From: an uncultured delta proteobacterium
GTDB lineage: Bacteria; Desulfobacterota; Desulfomonilia; UBA1062
Direction of reading: 5' to 3'
Length of the DNA stretch: 64,000 nucleotides
Assembly (NCBI GenBank): GCA_963798485.1
Contig: CAWCTR010000007.1
Coordinates: forward strand, 480,001-544,000
The position numbers were made by a program, and so were the translations under genes. Each line of letters opens with the position of its first letter. Positions within the stretch are counted from its first letter, which is position 1. Shown here piece by piece: positions 19,822 to 30,228 of this stretch. The notes beneath the pieces were generated by a model, which did not search any database, was not told the DNA's origin, and was given only the letters and a program-made list of their open reading frames with translations.

Positions 19822-20757
19822 ATGATCTATAACGATATTACCGAGACTGTGGGAAATACTCCCCTAGTACGGATAAATCGTATGGCTCGAGGCATCGATG
19901 CAACCATCCTGGCCAAGATCGAGTCCTTCAACCCGCTTTCCAGTGTGAAGGATCGGATCGGCGTGGCAATGATCGAGGCTGCCGAAAAGCAGGGGCTTCT
20001 GAACAAGGATACGGTTATCATCGAGCCCACCAGCGGTAATACCGGCATCGGCCTGGCATTTGTTGCAGCAGCCAAGGGGTACAGCCTGATCCTCACCATG
20101 CCCGAGACTATGAGCGTGGAGCGCAGACAGCTCCTCGAGATCCTTGGGGCAGAGATTATCCTCACCGAGGGGTCAAAAGGGATGGAAGGGGCAGTGGAAA
20201 AGGCCGAAGAGTTGGGGCGTGAGATAAAGAACAGCTTCATACCCCAGCAGTTCAGGAACAAGGCAAACCCGGAAATACATCGGAAGACCACAGCCGAGGA
20301 GATCTGGAAGGATACGGACGGGAAGGTGGATTACTTCATTACCGGGATCGGGACCGGTGGGACCATCACAGGGGTGGGCGAGGTCCTGAAGTCAAGAAAA
20401 CCATCGGTCAGGATCATCGGTATCGAGCCTGTTGATTCGCCGCTCCTTACTTCGGGTAGGTCGGGATCCCATAAGATACAGGGCATCGGGGCAGAGTTCG
20501 TGCCTGAGATATTGAACAGGGATGTCCTGGATGAGATCATCCTCGTAAGACATGAGGATGCAGGTAAGACAGCACGAAGCCTCGCCAGGCAGGAGGGGAT
20601 CCTGGTGGGAATATCGAGCGGCGCCGCCATGTGGGCCGCACTCGAGGTGGCAAAAAGAACCGATGCCAGGGGCAAGACTATTGTCGTCCTGCTGCCGGAC
20701 AGCGGGGAGCGGTACCTTTCAACGTGGCTGTTCCATACCGGCAAAGAGAATAAATGA
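19822..20757 (+). CDS. cysK: Cysteine synthase A (second intact copy)
   Basis: [39 protein letters not shown]. Confidence 0.93.
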   Translation: MIYNDITETVGNTPLVRINRMARGIDATILAKIESFNPLSSVKDRIGVAMIEAAEKQGLLNKDTVIIEPTSGNTGIGLAFVAAAKGYSLILTMPETMSVERRQLLEILGAEIILTEGSKGMEGAVEKAEELGREIKNSFIPQQFRNKANPEIHRKTTAEEIWKDTDGKVDYFITGIGTGGTITGVGEVLKSRKPSVRIIGIEPVDSPLLTSGRSGSHKIQGIGAEFVPEILNRDVLDEIILVRHEDAGKTARSLARQEGILVGISSGAAMWAALEVAKRTDARGKTIVVLLPDSGERYLSTWLFHTGKENK

Positions 20758-20854
20758 CGTATTTACAAGCGGCTGAAAACAATAATCTTAACAGGGTCTT
20801 GACTGAGACCCTTAGTATCCACACAATAGAAAGAACACATAAAAGGAGTAGAGC

Positions 20855-21244
20855 ATGAAGAAGATTATTCTTATGAGCATGTTGATCCTTATGGCGGCCG
20901 GAGTTGCCTATGCAAAAGATTTCGAGATAACCAAAAAGGCCGGGCCGTATACGGTTGTTGTCACGATGGACAAGAACCCCCCGATCATGGGCGAGAACGG
21001 GATAACCATCACCATCAAGGATGCTGCCGGCAAGGCCGTCAAAGACGCAAAGGTGGCCGTTGATTACGAGATGCCCGCCATGCCCGGCATGCCTGCCATG
21101 TCCTACAAAGGCCAGCCGCAGCTTAAGGGGGACTCCTATGCGGGGACAGTCAATTTCTCCATGGGGGGTTCCTGGACCGTGAAGATCAAGATCACCCGTT
21201 CAGGCAAGACGGACAGCCTGAAGTTCACAGTTGACGTATCATAG
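20855..21244 (+). CDS. Exported YtkA/FixH-like protein with a Met-rich metal motif
   Basis: Signal peptide; YEMPAMPGM; FSMGGSW; first gene of the cus-type operon. Confidence 0.75.
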   Translation: MKKIILMSMLILMAAGVAYAKDFEITKKAGPYTVVVTMDKNPPIMGENGITITIKDAAGKAVKDAKVAVDYEMPAMPGMPAMSYKGQPQLKGDSYAGTVNFSMGGSWTVKIKITRSGKTDSLKFTVDVS

Positions 21245-21252
21245 CAGGTAGA

Positions 21253-22524
21253 TTGTTGACCATGCCCGCAGCAGCAAGGTTATTGGGAGGTCTTGTCTGT
21301 ATCGTCCTTATGTACTCGGGCTGCGCCTTTGGGGGGGACCCTCCGGCACTGTTGGAAGACCTCATCACAAAGGCCCTGAATAACAGCCCGGAAATCAAGG
21401 CTGCCGAGGCCAAGGCAGCCGCCGCAGCCCAGAAGGCGCCCATGGAAGGGAGCCTCATGGACCCCATGCTCTCCGTCGGGTATCAGAACGAGGGATTCAA
21501 GCAATATACCTACGGCCAATCCGTTGATGCACAGTGGATGTTCTCCCTGGCCCAGACCTTCCCGTGGCCGGGCAAGCTCGCACTGCAGGAAGAGGCCGCC
21601 GTCCTGGAGGCAGAGGCCGAGAATGCCTCTGCCGATCAGGTGCGGCGCGAGGTCAGACTGAAGGTAACCCAGGCATACTATGACCTTGTCCTGATCACCA
21701 AGGAACTGGACCTGATCAGGACACGGATGCCGCTCATCGAGCAGATGGAGGACATCGCGCTCAAGCGTTATGCGGCAGGCACGCTCACCCAGGATGAGGC
21801 GCTCATGGCCCAGGCCGAAAAATATATGCTCATGGAGGCCGAAGAAATGACGCAGGGCAGGAGGGAATCCGCCGAAGCCATGATCAGGCAGGCCATGGGC
21901 AGTACGGATACCGCACCGCTCGGAAGGCCGGTGGAAACCTTGCCTACGGCCTTCGCGTACACGGCTGATGAGTTGATAGACCGGGCAAACCGGGAATCAC
22001 CCGAGATCCGCATGCGTGAAAAGCTTCTGCTCGCATCCGACCAGAGGGTTGAAAGGTCCAAGAAAGAAGCCTTGCCGGACGTCACGGTCATGGGGAAGTT
22101 TTCGAGCCGTGGAGGTGACCTGGGGAATATGGCCGAGCTCACCTTCAGCGTGCCGCTGCCCCTGTACTACAAGAACAGGCAGGGCGCAGGGATATCCGGG
22201 GCATCCTTCTTGAACGCAGGCGCCCGGAAAGATCTTGAGGCGTCCAGGTTCAAGGCCGCTTCCGAAATCAGGGACAACCTCGCCATGATTCATGCAGCAG
22301 ATCGCATCATGCAGCTCTACCGGAATGCCCTTCTCCCCAAGAGCAGGCAGGCCATCGACGCTGCACTGGCCTCCTTCTCATCGGGAAAACTGGAGGCATC
22401 CATGGCCCTGGCCAAGCTGAAGGCGCCGTTCGACTACGAGCTCACGGCCTGGCAGCAGCAGGTTTTGAGAGAGAAGGCCATAGCCCGGATCAAGGTTATG
22501 ACCGGTGATATGGAGGCCAAGTGA
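21253..22524 (+). CDS. TolC/CusC-family outer membrane efflux protein
   Basis: QTFPWPGKL, helical OEP repeats; upstream of MFP and RND genes. Confidence 0.85.
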   Translation: MLTMPAAARLLGGLVCIVLMYSGCAFGGDPPALLEDLITKALNNSPEIKAAEAKAAAAAQKAPMEGSLMDPMLSVGYQNEGFKQYTYGQSVDAQWMFSLAQTFPWPGKLALQEEAAVLEAEAENASADQVRREVRLKVTQAYYDLVLITKELDLIRTRMPLIEQMEDIALKRYAAGTLTQDEALMAQAEKYMLMEAEEMTQGRRESAEAMIRQAMGSTDTAPLGRPVETLPTAFAYTADELIDRANRESPEIRMREKLLLASDQRVERSKKEALPDVTVMGKFSSRGGDLGNMAELTFSVPLPLYYKNRQGAGISGASFLNAGARKDLEASRFKAASEIRDNLAMIHAADRIMQLYRNALLPKSRQAIDAALASFSSGKLEASMALAKLKAPFDYELTAWQQQVLREKAIARIKVMTGDMEAK

Positions 22525-23702
22525 TGAAGATAAATCGCTCCTCCGTTGCAGGCATTCTTATCGTTATAGTGATTGCAGCGGCTGCCGGGTATGCGGTTTT
22601 GAAAAATGGCAGACATGCCCCGGGGAATATGCAGGGCCATGTGCACGGATCTGTCCCTGCGACAGCACAAGGCGCTGCAGCTTCCGACGCGGAGGCCCCG
22701 GCCGTGGAGATCCCCGAGGATGCCCAGAAGCTCATCGGCGTGAAGACGGCCTCGGCCCAAGTGGTGGACATGAACAAGACCATCCGTCTGACCGGCCGCA
22801 TCGACTACGACGAGAAACTGCTCTTCACGGTGAACGCCAAGGTTGAAGGGTATATCGAGCGGCTCTATGTGGATTATACCGGAAGGTTGGTAAAGAAGGG
22901 CGAGCCCCTTATAGAGATCTACAGCCCTGACCTGCTCGCGGCACAGCAGGAGCTCATCAGCCTGTCCCACTGGAAGAAGTCTGAAGGGGCCTCAGGGGTG
23001 GAGGGCATGCTCGACGCCGACTCGGAGAAACTGAAGAGCGCTGCCAGGCAGCGGCTGCGGCTCTGGGACATCTCGGATGCCCAGATCGAGAGGATCGTCA
23101 AGACAGGCAAATCCGAGAGGACCCTGACCATTGCAAGCCCGGCCTCCGGTTATGTGGTGAAGCGCTATGCCACAAGAGGCATGCGGGTCATGGCAGGCGA
23201 GCCCCTGTTCGACATCGCGGACCTCAGCAGGGTGTGGGTGGTCTCCCAGGTGAGCGAGGCCGACATGGCCATGGTGAAGCCCGGCTTGGAGACGAGCATC
23301 ACCGTGACAGGCCTGGCCGGAACGATAATGAAGGCCCGCATCGATTATGTCTACCCGGTGATCAATGAGCAGACACGGACCCTGGAAGTAAGGAGCTCGC
23401 TCGCGAATCCCAAAGAGATACTCAAGCCCCAGATGTTTGCCACGGTGGAGATCTCTGTGGGCCTCGGTAAAAGGCTTGCCGTGCCCGAGGATGCGGTCAT
23501 GGATACAGGTGAGCGCCAGGTCGTGTATATGGACAGGGGTGAAGGCATGTTCGAGCCCCGAGCGGTGACGAGTGGCGTCCGTGCTGGAGGCAGGCGGGAG
23601 ATCATATCGGGCTTGAAGGTCGGCGAGAAAGTGGCCGCCTCGGCCTTGTTCCTCATCGATTCCGAGGCCCAACTCAAGGGCGTGGCACCGGTGTCCAAGT
23701 AA
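22524..23702 (+). CDS. CusB-like efflux periplasmic adaptor
   Basis: GYIERLYVDYTG..VKKGEPL, YSPDL, LKPQMF, LIDSE; His/Met N-terminal segment. Confidence 0.88.
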   Translation: MKINRSSVAGILIVIVIAAAAGYAVLKNGRHAPGNMQGHVHGSVPATAQGAAASDAEAPAVEIPEDAQKLIGVKTASAQVVDMNKTIRLTGRIDYDEKLLFTVNAKVEGYIERLYVDYTGRLVKKGEPLIEIYSPDLLAAQQELISLSHWKKSEGASGVEGMLDADSEKLKSAARQRLRLWDISDAQIERIVKTGKSERTLTIASPASGYVVKRYATRGMRVMAGEPLFDIADLSRVWVVSQVSEADMAMVKPGLETSITVTGLAGTIMKARIDYVYPVINEQTRTLEVRSSLANPKEILKPQMFATVEISVGLGKRLAVPEDAVMDTGERQVVYMDRGEGMFEPRAVTSGVRAGGRREIISGLKVGEKVAASALFLIDSEAQLKGVAPVSK

Positions 23703-23743
23703 TACAATTGAGATACATATGGTGAACAGAACATGTGTACGGA

Positions 23744-23855
23744 CCCCTCACCCCAACCCTCTCCCCATAAACGAAATGGGGAGAGGGGGTTACAAAGAAG
23801 GAGTCTTGTGGTTCAAGTCCCCTCTCCCCTTGCGGGAGAGGGACCGGGAGAGGGG
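23744..23855. repeat. Pair of inverted REP-like elements
   Basis: CCCCTCACCCCAACCCTCTCCCC...GGGGAGAGGG (23744-23789) and the inverted copy CCCTCTCCCCTTGCGGGAGAGGGACCGGGAGAGGGG (23819-23855). Confidence 0.75.
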
Positions 23856-23876
23856 ATTTCACCATGAGGCATATCC

Positions 23877-26800
23877 ATGATTGAAAAGATCATCGACTGG
23901 AGCGCGAGAAACAAGTTCCTCGTTATCCTGCTGGTCATGTGCGCACTCCTTTGGGGCGCCTGGGCCATCAAACATACCCCCCTTGACGCCATCCCGGACC
24001 TCAGCGATACCCAGGTGATCATCTACACCGAGTGGCCGGGACGCAGCCCAGACCTCGTGGAAGACCAGATCACCTATCCCATCTCGGCCACGCTGCTCGC
24101 GGCACCAAAAGTCCAGGCGGTGCGCGGGTTCTCCTTCCTCGGGTCATCGTTCATCTATGTGGTCTTTGACGAGGGTACGAACATCTACTGGGCCCGCAGC
24201 CGGATCATCGAGTACCTCCAGGCGGTCAAGAACAAGATACCCGAAGGCGTCAACCCGGTGCTGGGCCCCGATGCCACGAGCCTGGGCTGGGGTTTCACCT
24301 ATGCCCTGGTGGATGAGAAGGGCCGGCACAACCTCTCAGAGCTCCGCACCATCCAGGACTACACGGTCAAGCTCGCCTTGGAGAGCGTGCCGGGCGTGTC
24401 CCAGGTGGCCTCTGTGGGCGGGTTTGTGAAACAGTACCAGGTGAATGTCGACCCCATCCGGCTCAAGTCGTACAACATAGCACTCACCAAGGTTATGGAT
24501 GCCATAAGGAGGAGCAACCTGGACGTGGAGGGAAGGGTGCTCGAGCTCTCGGGCGCCGAATACATGATCCGCGGTCGGGGCTACCTCAAGGGTATCGCGG
24601 ACCTTGAGAACGTACCCGTGGGCGTGGATACGCTCGGAACACCGGTCCTTCTCAAGAACATAGCCTCGGTTCAGCTCGGCCCGGAGATCAGGCGCGGCCT
24701 CGTTGACCTCAACGGCAAGGGCGAGGTGGCAGGCGGCATTGTGGTCGTGCGCTTCGGTGTCAATGTGCTCGACGTCATCGAGCGGGTCAAAGACAAGATC
24801 GCGAAAGACATCGCCCCATCGCTTCCCCCAGGCGTAAAGCTCGTGGTCACCTATGACCGCTCCGACCTTATCTACCGGAGCATCGACACCTTGAAGGGCG
24901 AGATCATCAAGTTGGCGCTTGCCGTAAGCGTGGTCTGTCTCGTGTTCCTCTTCCATTTGCCCAGCGCCCTGGTGGTGATCCTCACCCTGCCCTTCGCCAT
25001 CATCATGTCCTTCATCTGCATGTATTACCTGGGCATAACCTCGAACATCATGAGTTTAAGCGGCATTGCCATAGCAATCGGCGCCATGGTGGATGCCGCC
25101 ATCATCATGGTGGAGAATGCCCACAAGCGGCTCGAAGAGTGGGATACCTCGGGCAGGCAGCGAGCGCGCCTCGATGTAATCGTTGATGCCGCCAAAGAGG
25201 TCGGGCCATCGCTCTTCTTCTCGCTGCTCGTCATAACGGTGGGCTTCCTGCCGGTCTTCACCCTGCAGGAGCAGGCGGGAAGGCTCTTCAAGCCCCTTGC
25301 TTTCACCAAGACCTTTGCCATGCTCTTCTCCTCGCTGCTGGCCATAACTCTCACCCCCATGCTCATGACCCTGTTCATCCGCGGCAAGATCTCCCATGAG
25401 GACCATAATCCCATAAGCCGCTTTTTACGCTGGGTCTACGGGCCTCTGGCAGGGTTTGCCCTGAGGTTTCCGTCAGGGGTTATCATCGCTGCGCTGATCA
25501 TCATGGCCATAACGGTTTACCCCATCATGAAGCTCGGCAAGGAGTTCATGCCGCCCTTGAACGAGGGCACGCTCTTCTACATGCCCGTAACCGTGCCGGC
25601 GCTATCCATATCAGAGGCCAAGAGGCTCCTTATTATCCAGGACACCCTCATCAAGCAGGTGCCGGAGGTTCAAAGCGTCTTCGGAAAGGCGGGCAGGGCC
25701 GAGACGCCGACCGACCCGGCGCCGCCCGAGATGTTCGAGACCGTTATCAACCTCAAGCCCGAGGACCAGTGGCGGCCGGGCATGACCATTGAGAAGATCA
25801 AGGACGAGCTTAATGACAAGCTCACCATCCCGGGCGTTGCCAACTCCTTCACCATGCCCATCAAGGCGCGCATCGACATGCTCTCTACCGGCATCAGGAC
25901 ACCCGTTGGCATCAAGGTTTTGGGCAGCGACCTTTCTCAGATCGAGCGGATCGGCAAAGACCTGGAGAAGGCCTTGCGCGATGTGCCCGGTACCAGAAGC
26001 GTCTATGCCGAGCGGGCCACCACCGGGTATTTCCTGGACATCACCATCAAACGCGAGGCTGCGGCGCGCTACGGCCTGGGCGTCCAGGACGTTCAGGATG
26101 CGGTGGAATCATCCATCGGGGGCATGAACCTCACGACGACCGTGGAGGGCAGGCAGCGCTACCCGGTGAACCTGCGCTATGCCCGTGAGCTGAGGAACGA
26201 CATCGATAAGCTCAAGGACGTCCTCGTGCCGGTCATGGCAAGCCCTGCCCCCGGGGGTACGGCCATGGGGGCGGCTACCGGGCCGACAGGCGCCATTGCT
26301 TGGATACCCCTGTCCGAGCTGGCGGATGTGCGCGTCGTGCGCGGTCCCACCATGGTAAAGAGCGAGCAGGGCCTGCTTGCCGCCTATGTATACATCGACT
26401 TCTCCGGACGTGACGTGGGCGGCTATGTCTTAGAGGCCAAGCAAAAGGCCGCCACGGTGAAGGTGCCGCCCGGCTACCGGCTGGAATGGAGCGGCGAGTA
26501 CGAATACCTCCTCAAGACCCACGAGAGCCTCAAGCTCGTCATCCCGCTGACCCTGTTCATCATCTTCGTGCTCATCTACCTCAACACCAAATCCATAGCC
26601 AAGACGGTCATTGTGCTGCTGGCCGTGCCGTTTTCGCTGGTGGGGTCCTTCTGGCTGCTCTATCTGCTGGGTTACAACCTGAGCATAGCCGTATGGGTCG
26701 GCATCATTGCCCTGGCAGGCCTGGACGCCGAGACCGGTGTGGTCATGCTCCTTTACCTGGACCTGGCCTATGAAAAATGGAAGTTCGAAGGCAGGCTCAC

Positions 26801-27044
26801 AGGCCTGGCCGATCTGAAGGGGGCGGTCATGGACGGCGCGGTCAAGCGCATCAGGCCCAAGATCATGACCGTAAGCGTCATCCTGGCTGGATTGGTGCCC
26901 ATCATGTTCAGCTCAGGCACCGGTGCCGACATCATGAAGCGCATCGCCGCACCCATGGTGGGAGGCGTCCTCACTTCCACCATCCTCGAGCTGCTCATCT
27001 ACCCGAGCATCTACTATTTGTGGAAAGGCAGGAGATTGAATTAG
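23877..27044 (+). CDS. cusA: CusA/CzcA-family heavy-metal RND transporter (Cu/Ag type)
   Basis: DAIPDLSDTQVI, GAMVDAAIIMVEN, EFMPPLNEG, RIDMLSTG, RIRPKIMT. Confidence 0.92.
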   Translation: MIEKIIDWSARNKFLVILLVMCALLWGAWAIKHTPLDAIPDLSDTQVIIYTEWPGRSPDLVEDQITYPISATLLAAPKVQAVRGFSFLGSSFIYVVFDEGTNIYWARSRIIEYLQAVKNKIPEGVNPVLGPDATSLGWGFTYALVDEKGRHNLSELRTIQDYTVKLALESVPGVSQVASVGGFVKQYQVNVDPIRLKSYNIALTKVMDAIRRSNLDVEGRVLELSGAEYMIRGRGYLKGIADLENVPVGVDTLGTPVLLKNIASVQLGPEIRRGLVDLNGKGEVAGGIVVVRFGVNVLDVIERVKDKIAKDIAPSLPPGVKLVVTYDRSDLIYRSIDTLKGEIIKLALAVSVVCLVFLFHLPSALVVILTLPFAIIMSFICMYYLGITSNIMSLSGIAIAIGAMVDAAIIMVENAHKRLEEWDTSGRQRARLDVIVDAAKEVGPSLFFSLLVITVGFLPVFTLQEQAGRLFKPLAFTKTFAMLFSSLLAITLTPMLMTLFIRGKISHEDHNPISRFLRWVYGPLAGFALRFPSGVIIAALIIMAITVYPIMKLGKEFMPPLNEGTLFYMPVTVPALSISEAKRLLIIQDTLIKQVPEVQSVFGKAGRAETPTDPAPPEMFETVINLKPEDQWRPGMTIEKIKDELNDKLTIPGVANSFTMPIKARIDMLSTGIRTPVGIKVLGSDLSQIERIGKDLEKALRDVPGTRSVYAERATTGYFLDITIKREAAARYGLGVQDVQDAVESSIGGMNLTTTVEGRQRYPVNLRYARELRNDIDKLKDVLVPVMASPAPGGTAMGAATGPTGAIAWIPLSELADVRVVRGPTMVKSEQGLLAAYVYIDFSGRDVGGYVLEAKQKAATVKVPPGYRLEWSGEYEYLLKTHESLKLVIPLTLFIIFVLIYLNTKSIAKTVIVLLAVPFSLVGSFWLLYLLGYNLSIAVWVGIIALAGLDAETGVVMLLYLDLAYEKWKFEGRLTGLADLKGAVMDGAVKRIRPKIMTVSVILAGLVPIMFSSGTGADIMKRIAAPMVGGVLTSTILELLIYPSIYYLWKGRRLN

Positions 27045-27215
27045 GGCTCATCCGGATCAAGAATACTTTTGAAGTTGAAAGAGTGTGATGAGGTTCAGAC
27101 GCTGTTCTTCCATGCAACATGAGAATCATTTAATCTTCTTCTAATCATCATTTAATCATCCTTTACGTATAGAGAGAGAGTAGCATCAATAAAAAAATCT
27201 TAGGAGGGATGTACC

Positions 27216-27632
27216 ATGAAGAAAGTTATTAGCATGATCGCAGTATTGGCACTGGTATGCTTCACCACTATGGTTTTTGCAGCCGATGCAACAATGCCGA
27301 CAGCAGCCGCAGCCGCAGCCGCAGCAAAGAATACTACGAAGGCTGAGGCAGTGAAGGCTGTAAATGGTGAGACCGTTGTTGGCGCTATCACGAAGATAGA
27401 CACAGCAGCAAAAACGATCGTTGTACAGGGTAAGACCATCAACGTGAAGGCAGAAGACCTTGCTACCTTGAAGAAGGGCGATAAGGTGAAGGTTACCTTG
27501 GCAGCAGGAACCATGAACGCAGAGAAGATAGTAGCCCTAGGGAAAAAGGCAGTAAAGAAAGAAGTAAAGAAGGCTGAAGAGAAGGCGACCCAGAAGGCTA
27601 CTGAGAAGGCAGTTGAGAAAATGGGTCAATAA
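27216..27632 (+). CDS. Exported small OB-fold-like protein with poly-Ala linker and Lys/Glu tail
   Basis: GGAGG RBS, signal peptide, GAITKID...LKKGDKVKV. Confidence 0.7.
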   Translation: MKKVISMIAVLALVCFTTMVFAADATMPTAAAAAAAAKNTTKAEAVKAVNGETVVGAITKIDTAAKTIVVQGKTINVKAEDLATLKKGDKVKVTLAAGTMNAEKIVALGKKAVKKEVKKAEEKATQKATEKAVEKMGQ

Positions 27633-27680
27633 GACTTAACAATCAGCAACTAAGAGGTATAAGAAAGGGGAGGTCACAAA

Positions 27681-28259
27681 ATGAAAAAGTTACTTCTTGG
27701 AACAATACTTTTAGCGTTGGTGCTGGTATTTCCTATTCCAACGATGGCAAAGGTAGATGTAGGCATCAACATTTCTCTGCCTCCACTCATTCAATTTTCC
27801 GCGCCTCCATCTATGGTAGTGATACCTGAGAGTGATGTCTATGTTGCCCCGGACGTAAGTGTGGACATCTTTTTCTACCATGGTTGGTGGTGGCGTCCGT
27901 GGGGAGGGCGCTGGTATTGCTCCCGGAACTACGACTCAGGTTGGGTCTACCATCAAAGGGTCCCGGCCTTTTATGGAAGGGTGCCGTCAGGGTGGAGGAA
28001 CGACTACAGGAATCATCGTTGGCAAGGACATCCATGGAACTACCAGCGAATACCCAACCAACAAGTTCAACGGAACTGGAGCAATTGGGAAAAGAGCGGG
28101 CATTGGGAGAAACAAAATACGTGGGGTGTCCAGGGTTTGAGACCCAGAAACCAATCACAAGCCGGAAGGGTCCAAAAACAGCACTCACAGCCGCAGCACA
28201 GGGAGGCGCAACAACAATCTGAACGTCGAAATGGAAGACCTGAAAGAAGGGGGGAATAA
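27681..28259 (+). CDS. Exported Trp/Arg-rich hypothetical protein
   Basis: GGGAGG RBS, signal peptide, VDVGINISLPP, FFYHGWWWRPW. Confidence 0.7.
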   Translation: MKKLLLGTILLALVLVFPIPTMAKVDVGINISLPPLIQFSAPPSMVVIPESDVYVAPDVSVDIFFYHGWWWRPWGGRWYCSRNYDSGWVYHQRVPAFYGRVPSGWRNDYRNHRWQGHPWNYQRIPNQQVQRNWSNWEKSGHWEKQNTWGVQGLRPRNQSQAGRVQKQHSQPQHREAQQQSERRNGRPERRGE

Positions 28260-28313
28260 AAGCAGGATAGACAGGTTTATTCTCCTGAAGCGGGCATTTT
28301 TGAAGGCTTTGCC

Positions 28314-29915
28314 TCAGGCCTCAGGGTGAATGGATGGTTGTAAGGGTTTTTTGTGCAGTGGCGTGATGGGGCTGATCGGGCCGGCTGGTATCCCTGTCTT
28401 GTCTGCGAAATCCACTACTGTATGATCATGCTGGGCCTGAAGGCTGTATGCGAAATCATTGTATGCCATTAAGGTGAGGATGGTGGATATCCTCACCCTT
28501 TTGCTGAACACCTTGGGCAATATCTTCATGATGAACCTTGAGCGGTCTGTATTGCGTGAGATAAGCAGGGTGGTCAGCCGCAGCGCGAAGATAAGACGGT
28601 AGGAGAACTTCACTGGGTCGAGTTCGTTGGAGCGTTTCCAGAAGTCGATCTCCCAGTAGTAGTTCAGCTTGTTCCAGATGGAGTCAAATGAATACACCGC
28701 CTGCAGAATCCGCCTGTATCCATCCGAGATCCGGCCGGCAGAGAGACTGGGGTGCTTAAAGACAACGTGCTTGGTGTCGTACCTGCTCCAGTCCTTGTGG
28801 AGGATCCTCCCCTCCTTTTCGAGGCGTTTGAACAGCTCGGTCCCGGGGAAGGGCGTGAGGACATTGATGAGCGGCATGAGGAGCTTGGTCTCTTGTATGA
28901 ATTCGATAAGTTCGCCAAAGGATGTCTCTGAATCAAAATCATTGCCCACGATGAACGAACTGTGGACCAGAATACCGTATGACTGTATTTTCTTGATGGA
29001 TTCCACATAGTCGTAGCGTTGGTTGATCTCCTTGTGCATGGCGGCAAGGTTTTTACCGGATATAGACTCGAAACCGATGAATACGGCCCCGCATCCGCTT
29101 TCCCTCATGAGCTGAAGGAGATCATCCTCCTGAGAGATGTTGATGGAGGCCTGGCACATCCAGTTGATGTCATGAGGTTTGAGGGCTTCAAACAGCTCTT
29201 GTGCAAACTTCTTGTTGGCAATGATGTTGTCATCGGCAAAGAAGATGGCGTTCTTTTTTTTATACCTGGAGAGATTACCCTTGATGTCCCGGATCTCGGC
29301 GATGACCTGCTCGATGGTCTTGCTCCTGATCTTCTGCCCGTCAAAGGCATACACCGAGCAGAATTCGCAGTGGAAGGGGCAGCCCTTTGTGGTCTGAACG
29401 ATATCCTGCAGATAATCTTCTCTTGAAAGAGCTGATCTGGATGTAGAGGGAGCGGATTGCAGGTCGGTAAACATTTCCGGCTTGTAGATCCTTTTCAGCT
29501 TACCCTCTTCAGCGTCCTTCAGGAGTGTAGCCCAGACATTCTCCGCCTCTCCGATCACTACGCAGTCGCAATATTGCCGGGCCTCATCAGGGCACATGGA
29601 TGGATGAATACCGCCTAAAACCATCCTGACTCCTTTCCCCCGGAACCTTTCGGATATGGCATACGCCCTTTTGGCAAACATGGTCCTGACGCTGATCCCC
29701 ACAAGGTCAGCCGGCCATTCATAATCGATCTCCTCGATGTTTTCATCGAACACCCTGATCTCATGGTGCGCCGCGGTCAATGATGCCAGGGTGGGGATTG
29801 CCAGGAGGTATGAGATGTATTTATTGGAAAGAAGAAAATCCGCATAGAACTTGTAGTCATAAAAGCTTCTTGATCCGTCTAAGCTGTTCTTGGGTATGAT
29901 AAGGGCGATCTTCAT
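28314..29915 (-). CDS. B12-binding radical SAM protein
   Basis: N-terminal cobalamin-binding domain (VLGGIHPS, GEAE); TTKGCPFHCEFC; GFES; TPFPGT. Confidence 0.88.
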   Translation of the reverse strand: MKIALIIPKNSLDGSRSFYDYKFYADFLLSNKYISYLLAIPTLASLTAAHHEIRVFDENIEEIDYEWPADLVGISVRTMFAKRAYAISERFRGKGVRMVLGGIHPSMCPDEARQYCDCVVIGEAENVWATLLKDAEEGKLKRIYKPEMFTDLQSAPSTSRSALSREDYLQDIVQTTKGCPFHCEFCSVYAFDGQKIRSKTIEQVIAEIRDIKGNLSRYKKKNAIFFADDNIIANKKFAQELFEALKPHDINWMCQASINISQEDDLLQLMRESGCGAVFIGFESISGKNLAAMHKEINQRYDYVESIKKIQSYGILVHSSFIVGNDFDSETSFGELIEFIQETKLLMPLINVLTPFPGTELFKRLEKEGRILHKDWSRYDTKHVVFKHPSLSAGRISDGYRRILQAVYSFDSIWNKLNYYWEIDFWKRSNELDPVKFSYRLIFALRLTTLLISRNTDRSRFIMKILPKVFSKRVRISTILTLMAYNDFAYSLQAQHDHTVVDFADKTGIPAGPISPITPLHKKPLQPSIHPEA

Positions 29916-30228
29916 TATGGTCGTTTCCCTTCAATAGTATTCCGTGGAGATGATATGTTGGGATTGGCGGAACTTTTCCCGATAACAAGCGATAACAAGT
30001 GTCATGTCTCCTTACAGGCATATAATTAAAATTCCAATTCAAGACCCCGGAACCACCTAAGATTGTTACATAATGACAGTTGCAGGCAATACCTGGTCTT
30101 TGGTGTGTAAATAAGCCTCTTTCCTGAAAAATGCAATCAACATATATTCGCAAGAAGATATTTTACCGAAATTTTACATGAACATGGGCAAAAAGCATTT
30201 TAGGACCTTTTTTATTCTGCCACGGTAA

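Noticed and set aside
27301-27325. GCAGCC hexamer repeats
   Set aside because: They simply encode an in-frame poly-Ala linker.
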